From a virus: DNA of 64,000 nt. The stretch's first letter is position 1, and the number at the start of each line of letters is the position of its first letter. Under the pieces are notes generated by a model, which saw only the letters and a program-made list of their open reading frames with translations, had not been told where the DNA came from and made no database searches. Below are positions 38,263 through 46,504 of this stretch, one piece after another. The stretch spans positions 15,892 to 79,891 of the IMG/VR virus record IMGVR_UViG_3300023184_000082. The stretch is one strand, 5' to 3'. Made by a program: the position numbers and the translations under genes.

Positions 38263-38934
38263 ATGGCAAAGATTTGGGACACAGGGGTACGGACAGGAGG
38301 TAAAGTCCTCCTCAAGATGGACAACAAGGTGATTGGTTTTGCACAGTCCGCAAGATTCCGTGATGATTACGGACTTGAGCCGGTGCATATCGTCGGACAG
38401 CTGCAGACCATTGAGTATGTACCAATGCATGCTCGACACGAAATCCAGATGTCAGTCCTCGTTGTTCGCAATACCAGCTTGGCGGCGATGGGACTGGAGC
38501 CGGGTTCGGCTGGAAGTTTTGGATTGATCCCAACGACTGATGCCGCGCAATTGGGCGGCGGAGGATCCATCGTTGGGGCAAATCCTTCCAAAAAAGGAAC
38601 TGACAACTCTTGGAATAAGATACTCGCAAATGCGGATATCACTTCTACTTCAGATGGTGCTGCTCCATACCGTGTGCTGGCGCAAAAGGTTTTCAACATT
38701 GAAGTAGTTGATGCCCAGTACACTGCGGAACAAGCCGCATTGGACAACTTTGATGGGAGTATCATTTGCCGGTATCTGAATTGCTTCTTCGCTGGTGGAG
38801 ACCTTTCGGTTGATGCCAACCGTGTCCTTATGCACAATGTCACATTCTATGCACAAGACAAGGACGGAAGATTCGGACTCAATGGGAACAATAAGATTGC
38901 CGCCACTGGAGGAAATATTCCAAGCAATCAATAA
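38263..38934 (+). CDS. tail tube protein (paralog 2)
   Basis: Start ATG 38263 after AAGGAG. N- and C-terminal segments are nearly identical to paralog 1. Confidence 0.8.
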   Translation: MAKIWDTGVRTGGKVLLKMDNKVIGFAQSARFRDDYGLEPVHIVGQLQTIEYVPMHARHEIQMSVLVVRNTSLAAMGLEPGSAGSFGLIPTTDAAQLGGGGSIVGANPSKKGTDNSWNKILANADITSTSDGAAPYRVLAQKVFNIEVVDAQYTAEQAALDNFDGSIICRYLNCFFAGGDLSVDANRVLMHNVTFYAQDKDGRFGLNGNNKIAATGGNIPSNQ

Positions 38935-38953
38935 TCTCTTTCATGCGCATTTT

Positions 38954-39001
38954 GTATACCACGGTTTTCGACTGACAAAGAAAACTGTGGTATACTTTTT
39001 T
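38954..39001 (+). terminator. rho-independent terminator after the tube genes
   Basis: 16-bp stem GTATACCACGGTTTTC / GAAAACTGTGGTATAC (one G-U pair), 10-nt loop, then TTTTTT. Confidence 0.75.
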
Positions 39002-39023
39002 CAAACACCTAAAGGGAGATCCC

Positions 39024-39461
39024 ATGAATAACGAAGAATCACCGCTCACACCAGACCCGGTGGCGACAATCGCCCAGATTGCAGCGAAGGCAACCGAACC
39101 GGCGCGACCCCTCTTTGGCGTGGATACCAAGACGTATGACCCCAACAAGCCGCATGAAATCAACGGGTCCGCTGGAACAATCGGCGTGGTGCGCGGACAC
39201 ATGAACTTGCAGCGATTGGCCGGGAAAGCCGTAGCCGTTGCCCTGCAGGGTCTCACGGTAGACAATCGCACGTATGAGATGACGTACATGAGCATCATGC
39301 TGCAGTTTGTCACGCAATCGCCAGGGTATTTGCCTTCCTATGCCAATGGGAACATTGACAAGTTCATTGAGAATATCTATGAGTTTGAAGATCTTGCGTA
39401 TTACTTCAACGAATGGGAGTCCTGGCGAAACTCGTTTCGTGTATCCGGACCCTCAAACTGA
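39024..39461 (+). CDS. tail assembly chaperone (gpG-like)
   Basis: Between tubes and tape measure, RBS GGGAG. Ends ...WESWRNSFR, as in SPO1/Twort-like chaperones. Confidence 0.75.
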   Translation: MNNEESPLTPDPVATIAQIAAKATEPARPLFGVDTKTYDPNKPHEINGSAGTIGVVRGHMNLQRLAGKAVAVALQGLTVDNRTYEMTYMSIMLQFVTQSPGYLPSYANGNIDKFIENIYEFEDLAYYFNEWESWRNSFRVSGPSN

Positions 39462-40131
39462 CAGGAAAATTCGGCGTGACGCTCTCAGTGGCGTCTATGA
39501 GTCCGACATGCTGGAGTGGTACAGGCAGCAATATAATCTCCCATTGGATGATGAAAAGTTCCTGCGCGTAACGCCAGAGGCTGCATCACTCGATTATTAT
39601 CGGCGCCAATTTTATTGGGAAGTACAATACGGTGTGCGCAAATGGGGATCGTTCGATCCGAAGTTGCAGATGCCTCCGTTGCCCATGCTCAAACCCTTTG
39701 GCGGGATCCTTCCGGTTCCCAATGGGTATGGCTATACGGATGATGACACGATTGATAATTCCCAGCTTCAAAAACAAGCTGCCGAGCGTGAGCGATCTCG
39801 TCCTCCGTCCTATCGTTCGGAGCGCCCTTCCCCCGCGCCTTCGTCTTCACGTCCGGAGAGGGAGGAGCCTGAGAGGACGCGTCCGACTGGTCCTTCGGAA
39901 TATCTGGAGGAATCACCAAATTTGCCACCGCATCTGAAACATGAGATTGTAAAAACCGGATCCAACATGGTGAAAACCGAGGATGCGGAATATGGAATGT
40001 CAGATGAAGAGTTCTGGAAATTCGTGGAGATTGTTGAAAAGATGGATGCAGCCATTGCCTTGGCTGCCAACAAGGGAGAGGAATGGGAAGTGGTTGAATC
40101 CCTTCGTCCTTCATCCAATAAAGATGAATAA
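39436..40131 (+). CDS. tail assembly chaperone extension (gpT-like), probably reached by +1 frameshift
   Basis: The +1 frame overlaps the chaperone end, and TTT-C-GT at 39435-39440 leads into FVYPDPQTDRK. Motif WYRQQYNLPLDDEKFL. No convincing RBS for an independent start. Confidence 0.65.
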   Translation, partial: FVYPDPQTDRKIRRDALSGVYESDMLEWYRQQYNLPLDDEKFLRVTPEAASLDYYRRQFYWEVQYGVRKWGSFDPKLQMPPLPMLKPFGGILPVPNGYGYTDDDTIDNSQLQKQAAERERSRPPSYRSERPSPAPSSSRPEREEPERTRPTGPSEYLEESPNLPPHLKHEIVKTGSNMVKTEDAEYGMSDEEFWKFVEIVEKMDAAIALAANKGEEWEVVESLRPSSNKDE

Positions 40132-40224
40132 TCTTCTTTCTTTGCATACCCTTTCTTGAGCATTTATCAAAACAACAAAGATGTTATCATAAGAATAGAG
40201 AGTAATGCTGAGGAATAACGAACA

Positions 40225-43200
40225 ATGAGTTGGCAGAGTCTACTTGCTACACAGGCTTTTAGAGGAGCAGGCAAGGTTACCGGTGGGGTTATGGAGCAAC
40301 TTGCTGCGTCCCAAGGCGTTGCTCCAAGCCAGTTGGCTGCACAAGCACGTGAAGGCGCAACCGGAGCTCGGCAGCAAGACTACGATATTGGCCAATTTTC
40401 ACGACAGATCAAGGATATCGGCGGATCTCTGGAACAGCTGAACCGCTCATTCATCAATGCGGCAAAGGGTCTGGCTACAACTACTCAAGAAAACCTTACC
40501 ATGATGAAGATTGCCATGCGGAATGCTGGCAGTGATCCCAATTCGACCTTCAATGCAGCACGTGCGACACAAAGCACAATGGCCACCGCGTTTTATGGGG
40601 GCATGAACCGCGGACAATACATGCAGAATATCGATGCGCTGTCAACGTCCGGTGCGCTGGGAATTGGAAACAGGGGAACGTCAGGCGCGGGGATGTCCAT
40701 TCAGGGCTATAACCAGTCATTCACGTCAGCTGGTGGTGCGTCCGGAGGGTTCGGGACACGGGTTGATCAGTACGGAATGGCGTCAGCAGCCATGATGAAT
40801 TCAATGGCCCAGCGTGGGGCGATGGGTATCAATGGCCGGGAAATCAATACGACGCTAGGGGCAGTCAACATGGCCGCCCAACGAACTGGCAATGCCATGC
40901 TGCATTCAGTTGCTCCCGGGGCATATGCCCAGCTGGAACAATCAGCCATGTCGGGAATGGCGCAATCGAATCCCGCAATGATGGCTGCGTATTCACTTGC
41001 CCGTCCGGGACTGGTGAACCAGAACGCTACCGATCTTGCGCGAGCCCAAGAAGAGGTAAAGAGCCTCAAAGACCGATTAAGCAAGACAACGGATCAGGGT
41101 CAAAAGGACAAGCTGACTGATTCTCTCTCCGTCCAGCAGGATCAGGTCTTGAAATTGACAGAACGGGGCAATATCCTTAATTCCAAGAGTGCGGGACCAA
41201 TGGGTGCTCAGGCGGTCATGGAGAGTGGCAATCAATCGGCACAAGGCCAGATGGTTGTGGCAGCCTTGCAAAGCCGGATGAAAGGTCAGGATATCTACGC
41301 AGATACCAATCGTTCCCTTATTGCGCGACAGCAAGTAGGGGCAATGTTTGGCATGTCGCAGATGCAGGTAAGCGCCATCGCATTGACGGAACGTGAGCGT
41401 CCAAAGGTGGAGGAGGCGCAAAGACAGGCAGACGAGTACAAGAAAACTGCATTTGACCGGACAGGAACCAGGAGAACCAGAGAAGATGTCGAGGCTGCAA
41501 CCTATAGGGAAATGGAATCGGCTCAAGTCGATGGATCTAGAGTGCAGGGATATGCAAGGCAAGCGGGTGGAAATCAACAGAAACTTCATGAATTGATTCG
41601 GGGCGACGCAGATTTTGACGAGAAATCGTATTTTGACGCACAAAATTTGGCCACACGGGGAGGGTCCGAAGCCCAAGTTGCTGCAGCCCTTGGGACAAAA
41701 AACATGGCTATGTTTGGCGGTGACGCATCTGCCGCATACAAACAGGTCAACTTGCGGGAGAACACAGCGAACCAAGTTCGGGCAGAAGGTGGTGGAAAAA
41801 TCCTGGGTCTGGAATGGGGCAAGCAAGGCCCAGCGCGTTCGGATCGTGCGCAGGAAAACCTTGAAGCCATGTGGAGTCCTGTCATCGACAAGTCGTTTGC
41901 CCCCGGCGCTACCGTCGGTAGTGTTCGCAAGGAAGCTCTTGCGGCCGCGACACAAAGCGGCCAGTCACAAACATGGAAAAACGCATTGGACGATCAGCTT
42001 CGGGCAATAGAAAAGGACAGCTCGCTTACTACTGACACGCAAAGGTTGGACAGAGCGAGAGAGGTCATCAAGACGGGAACCGGGAAAGGTTTCACCAACG
42101 CGATAGTCGCTTCCGGTGAGCGGGACTATGGTGGCTACGGGGCTACAATGCGTCATGAACAATACAAGGCATCAGAAGACGCGACAAATCCCTTGCAAAA
42201 ATCACAGGAATCCGCTGTGGAGCTGGACAACAGTTTCAAGATCTTGGGAAGAAGTGCAAACGAAGCTGCCTTGTATTTGGGAAATCTTCGAGGAATGGTC
42301 GCCGGAGCAAACAATCGGCTTGGGCCACAAGGAGGATCACCAAGAGCGTTTGGTGGAAGCGTTTTCGGCGGTCTCACCAACATCGTTGGTGAGCGAGGAT
42401 CCGAGGTATTCGTTCCAAAGACCGATGGGACTATCATCAGCAACAAGGACATGCATGAAGGCATCGCGTCAAAATTCACATCCTCGCTTGCATCCATCAA
42501 TCAAGCATTCACCAATGCCGTGCGCACGACAAGGACTGGCGGTTCATCGGGTGGTGGAGCAGGCGGGGCAACTGGCGGAGGTGGTGATTCGGTAAATGTC
42601 GGTGGGGACGGGGATTATTTCGGGAAAGTAGCGGCGACATTCGAGTCGGGCGGCGATCCGGGGGCGGTATCTTCCGGCAAGGGGGATGCCGGTGGCAAAA
42701 GTTTCGGGGCTTTCCAGCTCTCCAGCAAGACCGGGTCGCTTCAGGCATTCCTGAACAAGACTGGATACGGAAAACAGTTCGAGGGAATGGACCTCAAGAA
42801 TCCCGGCAAGGAAGTCGAGGCCAAGTGGAAGCAGCTCGCTTCTGATCCCGAGTTCATCAAGGCGCAATCCCAATATGCCAAGGAGAAATATTTTGATCCC
42901 CACATGGCAATGCTCAAGAAGAACGGCATTGACCTTTCGGGCAAGGGTCGGGCGGTGGACGAGCTGGTTCTCAGTACGGCCAACCAGTATGGTGCCAACT
43001 CTTCAGTCCTGATGAATGCCTTCAAGGGCAAGAACGTCTCTCAAATGGAGCCCGAAGAGATCATCCGCCTAGCACAGGAATACAAGGCCGGATCAACGGG
43101 ATCATACTTCGCCAGCAGCAGCGAAGCAGTACGCGCTGGGGTAAGAAACCGCATTGCCAAGGAACAGCAGATGTTGCTTGGCATGACAAAACGCGCGGAA

Positions 43201-43467
43201 GGAGGGGCCTTGGATGTCAACCAGCCATCACTGGTTGGTGAGAAGGGCCCCGAGATGTTTGTGCCAAACACTGGCGGTTCCGTTGTCCCTGCGTCCAAGA
43301 CCAAGGAATTGCTTGAGGGAAAAGATGGAGACGGATCAGCAAGCAAGGAAGTGTCAGGAAAGATTATTGTAGAATTTGTTGCTGATGGACAAAAAGTTGG
43401 CGAAACAGAATTGAAATTCAACGGGCCAGATCAACGCATTTCCATCAATCCACGACGCAAGCATTAA
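40225..43467 (+). CDS. tape measure protein with C-terminal lysozyme-like peptidoglycan hydrolase
   Basis: A/Q/G/M-rich helical sequence after the chaperones. FESGGDPGAVSSGKGDAGGKSFGAFQL at ~42640-42720. Two RAxGG...VGExGxExFVP motifs. Confidence 0.85.
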   Translation: MSWQSLLATQAFRGAGKVTGGVMEQLAASQGVAPSQLAAQAREGATGARQQDYDIGQFSRQIKDIGGSLEQLNRSFINAAKGLATTTQENLTMMKIAMRNAGSDPNSTFNAARATQSTMATAFYGGMNRGQYMQNIDALSTSGALGIGNRGTSGAGMSIQGYNQSFTSAGGASGGFGTRVDQYGMASAAMMNSMAQRGAMGINGREINTTLGAVNMAAQRTGNAMLHSVAPGAYAQLEQSAMSGMAQSNPAMMAAYSLARPGLVNQNATDLARAQEEVKSLKDRLSKTTDQGQKDKLTDSLSVQQDQVLKLTERGNILNSKSAGPMGAQAVMESGNQSAQGQMVVAALQSRMKGQDIYADTNRSLIARQQVGAMFGMSQMQVSAIALTERERPKVEEAQRQADEYKKTAFDRTGTRRTREDVEAATYREMESAQVDGSRVQGYARQAGGNQQKLHELIRGDADFDEKSYFDAQNLATRGGSEAQVAAALGTKNMAMFGGDASAAYKQVNLRENTANQVRAEGGGKILGLEWGKQGPARSDRAQENLEAMWSPVIDKSFAPGATVGSVRKEALAAATQSGQSQTWKNALDDQLRAIEKDSSLTTDTQRLDRAREVIKTGTGKGFTNAIVASGERDYGGYGATMRHEQYKASEDATNPLQKSQESAVELDNSFKILGRSANEAALYLGNLRGMVAGANNRLGPQGGSPRAFGGSVFGGLTNIVGERGSEVFVPKTDGTIISNKDMHEGIASKFTSSLASINQAFTNAVRTTRTGGSSGGGAGGATGGGGDSVNVGGDGDYFGKVAATFESGGDPGAVSSGKGDAGGKSFGAFQLSSKTGSLQAFLNKTGYGKQFEGMDLKNPGKEVEAKWKQLASDPEFIKAQSQYAKEKYFDPHMAMLKKNGIDLSGKGRAVDELVLSTANQYGANSSVLMNAFKGKNVSQMEPEEIIRLAQEYKAGSTGSYFASSSEAVRAGVRNRIAKEQQMLLGMTKRAEGGALDVNQPSLVGEKGPEMFVPNTGGSVVPASKTKELLEGKDGDGSASKEVSGKIIVEFVADGQKVGETELKFNGPDQRISINPRRKH

Positions 43468-43478
43468 AAGGAGAATCG

Positions 43479-46400
43479 ATGAGCAGTCAAAATGCCAGCA
43501 TATCTCCACTTCTTCAGCGAATACAAGTGGGAAAATATGACATTACCGAATACGTACTCAGTTGCCAAGTGATGAAAGCCTTGGCAGAACCTGCTGGATT
43601 CTTTTCCATTTCATTGCGGCCGGAAATTGTCAACGCCGCAATCGTGGATTTTTCAAATATCCAGATTAACGACTTTGTTGAAATCCGCGTGGGAAGAGTA
43701 CTTGTGGATACACCGGGCGGCAAGGATGCCCCGATTGTCATGCGCGGATTGGTTGATGCCATAGAGATCAGTGAGGACTATGCCCAGGATATGGATGGCA
43801 CACCGCAACGAACCGTCTCCATCAGTGGCCGGGATCTCACCAAGCTGATCATTGACAAGAGCCTGTGGGTGCCACAGGAACAGTGGTCCGACTATTCCTT
43901 GGAACGAACAAACATGATCCTTGGCCTTGATTCAGCGCTTGATGAAAAAAACTCCGAAACAAATCTGGATCAAAGCGTCTTTCAGGAAATCAAGCCGTGG
44001 ATTGAAGGAATCATGCAGAAGGTATTCAATGATCCGTTGGTCGGAATGGATTTTGGAAACAATGTGCGATTTTCCATTGATGTCAATCTGCCCAAGAATA
44101 ACAATGCCGCAGAGCGCGTGAAGGCACAGGCTGGATTCACCCTGAATGGGTTCAAGGGAACCTTGTTCAATTACATTGAAACCTACATTGCCAGACCATT
44201 CATGGAAATGTTCATTGAGGACTACGAACAGGAAACAAAACTCAAGATCCGTTGGGCACCTTTCCGAGATCGATGGGGCGATTTTCCTCGTCAGGCAACC
44301 GAGCACTTAGGCGGAAAAACAGACGACAAGAAGTGGGCATATGATGGAAATGCGCGATTCTGGTGGGACACCAAACGGGATCCCTACATGTCTGTCATCA
44401 ACTCGAACGAAATTCTCAGCAAGAACATACGTCGTCACTCAGGTGATGTCTACACCTATTTCTTCACGACATGGGGTGGATTCACTCCGATGGATCCGAG
44501 AGCAGCAGACAGGGGAATCTGGGATAGTGCGGAAAAGGAAGTGGCGGAGGAAACGGATACCTTTGTTGCTGGCCCAAGAAAATACCTGAATACCAATCCC
44601 CGGTTCAACCCGCAATATGATTTCCTTGGAATGAAGAGGTTTGGGCTGAAGCCACTTGTCGTAGCTATTCCTTTCTGGACACAAGACGATGGGAAGGCGG
44701 AAGTCAGCGAAGAACGGGTTGTCGGGGAAGTCGGCGCCCCTGACCTCAGTGGTAGCACCGCATCGGCTTCGACCACGACAACCACCGTATCCTCGCTCTA
44801 TGCATATACCATCAAGAAAGAGAAGAAAGAGATATCTGAGCTTACACTTTACCAGTCACGCACCAAGGATGAAAATAAGAAACTTAACATACACAATCAA
44901 GTGAAGACTGCAGACTCTCCTGTCATCGATGTAAAGATATGGCCCAGAACACCGAAAATAATTTTGCCGGGTCTTAACTTAACATACACAAGACAAAGTT
45001 CCAGCCGAGACAATGATGTGACCATGACCACTGATACGCCAAAACCTCACGCACGTCTTTCACATCAAACGGCATACTCAACGGATTTTCCTTTGCCAGC
45101 TGGGATAACAGGAGATCTGAAGGTGTTTGTGGGAATGTATGCGGGTTCCCAACAATATGCTACTGTTATTTTTAGTACGGTAGATAAATCTGGAAATGCA
45201 ATTCAGGATGTTTCCATACCTGTGCATTGGGAGGGATTGAGCCCTCAATCTCTCGATGGAACGACGATCACCATACCCGTTAACGCTGTTGCGGGGAGAT
45301 TTTCAATACCCGGTGTCACTACACTGGATCCACTGCACGTTGCGGCAGACAGCTTCATCGGAGATTTCTATGTCACACATACGGAGAAAAAAACCAGTAC
45401 GACTACGGCTGCGTCTGGAACCACGACCTCGACAACAGGTTCTTCCGGCATAAGAGGAAGGGACGCGGCGGTTAAGTGGGCACGAGAAGAGCTTGCAAGG
45501 AATCCGTCTGGATACCTGAGGGCTGGAATGACATATTGCGAAGAGTTCACAAGAAAAGCATTTAATAATACCACAACTTTCTACGCCGATGCCTGGGCCA
45601 ATGCATCAGCAAACACGCTGGGCAATCACCTTCAAGACGCTGTGCTTGGAGATCTTGTCTTCTTCGTCAAACACGCTGACAATAAGCAGCATGGACATGT
45701 CGCGATCATTAGCAAGATAGATGTTGGGAAAGACGGCAAAAAAAATTATTTCATGATCGGCGCATTAAATAGTGGATTAGAAGAAACATCCATTAACCAG
45801 AATGACTATTGGCGTGGCAAGTTTCATGGTTATGGCACGGGAGAGAAATCCTACGGAGATGGCGTTCGAACCAAAACGGTTTCAACGACAGTTACCGTCC
45901 CTGCATCTGGACTTTCAGTCCCCGCAGGTGGTGGCACAAAGACCGTCATCGTGGATCGCGTCATGAAGGAAGCTGTTTCCGATGAAATCAGCACCCTCCT
46001 TGATGATTGCAATCAATGGATGTACGACACATTGCGACAAATGGACAAGTGTTATGCCGGAAAAATTCGCATCATCGGAAATCCTTTCATAAAGGTCGGC
46101 ATGGAGCTGGTCATTGATGATGATGAAACGAATAATTATTCCGCGCAAAAATCATTCAAGAACAGGAATTCGGTGAACTATTCACAAAACATGGAGAAAA
46201 GCACAGACACCCTTTCCGACAAGAAAGACACTAGGGAGCGGTACTATGTCGAATCCGTTCATCATTCATGGTCTGTATTTCCTCGTCCAAATTTTGTTAC
46301 CGAGCTGGGTCTGACAAGAGGAATATTTGTCAGTGGCAAGGATGTTCCATTCGAAATCGGGGACAAGGGCGGATTTGCCGCAGCGAATACCGCATATGGT

Positions 46401-46481
46401 AACCAAGCAGTGAAAAAATTAAGCCAAGCAGAAAAAGACGCCATTAATCCGCCTCTCGTTGCCCCGATTGCCGAACCGTGA
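43479..46481 (+). CDS. baseplate hub protein with inserted CHAP/NlpC-P60 peptidase domain
   Basis: N-terminal KALAEPAGFFSISL, IVMRGLVD, ISGRDLTK. C-terminal GNPFIKVG...YYVESVHHSW...TELGLTRG. Inserted YCEEFT (Cys), GDLVFF, HGHVAII (His). Confidence 0.8.
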   Translation: MSSQNASISPLLQRIQVGKYDITEYVLSCQVMKALAEPAGFFSISLRPEIVNAAIVDFSNIQINDFVEIRVGRVLVDTPGGKDAPIVMRGLVDAIEISEDYAQDMDGTPQRTVSISGRDLTKLIIDKSLWVPQEQWSDYSLERTNMILGLDSALDEKNSETNLDQSVFQEIKPWIEGIMQKVFNDPLVGMDFGNNVRFSIDVNLPKNNNAAERVKAQAGFTLNGFKGTLFNYIETYIARPFMEMFIEDYEQETKLKIRWAPFRDRWGDFPRQATEHLGGKTDDKKWAYDGNARFWWDTKRDPYMSVINSNEILSKNIRRHSGDVYTYFFTTWGGFTPMDPRAADRGIWDSAEKEVAEETDTFVAGPRKYLNTNPRFNPQYDFLGMKRFGLKPLVVAIPFWTQDDGKAEVSEERVVGEVGAPDLSGSTASASTTTTTVSSLYAYTIKKEKKEISELTLYQSRTKDENKKLNIHNQVKTADSPVIDVKIWPRTPKIILPGLNLTYTRQSSSRDNDVTMTTDTPKPHARLSHQTAYSTDFPLPAGITGDLKVFVGMYAGSQQYATVIFSTVDKSGNAIQDVSIPVHWEGLSPQSLDGTTITIPVNAVAGRFSIPGVTTLDPLHVAADSFIGDFYVTHTEKKTSTTTAASGTTTSTTGSSGIRGRDAAVKWAREELARNPSGYLRAGMTYCEEFTRKAFNNTTTFYADAWANASANTLGNHLQDAVLGDLVFFVKHADNKQHGHVAIISKIDVGKDGKKNYFMIGALNSGLEETSINQNDYWRGKFHGYGTGEKSYGDGVRTKTVSTTVTVPASGLSVPAGGGTKTVIVDRVMKEAVSDEISTLLDDCNQWMYDTLRQMDKCYAGKIRIIGNPFIKVGMELVIDDDETNNYSAQKSFKNRNSVNYSQNMEKSTDTLSDKKDTRERYYVESVHHSWSVFPRPNFVTELGLTRGIFVSGKDVPFEIGDKGGFAAANTAYGNQAVKKLSQAEKDAINPPLVAPIAEP

Positions 46482-46504
46482 TCAAAGACTGACAGTAGGA
46501 AAAC

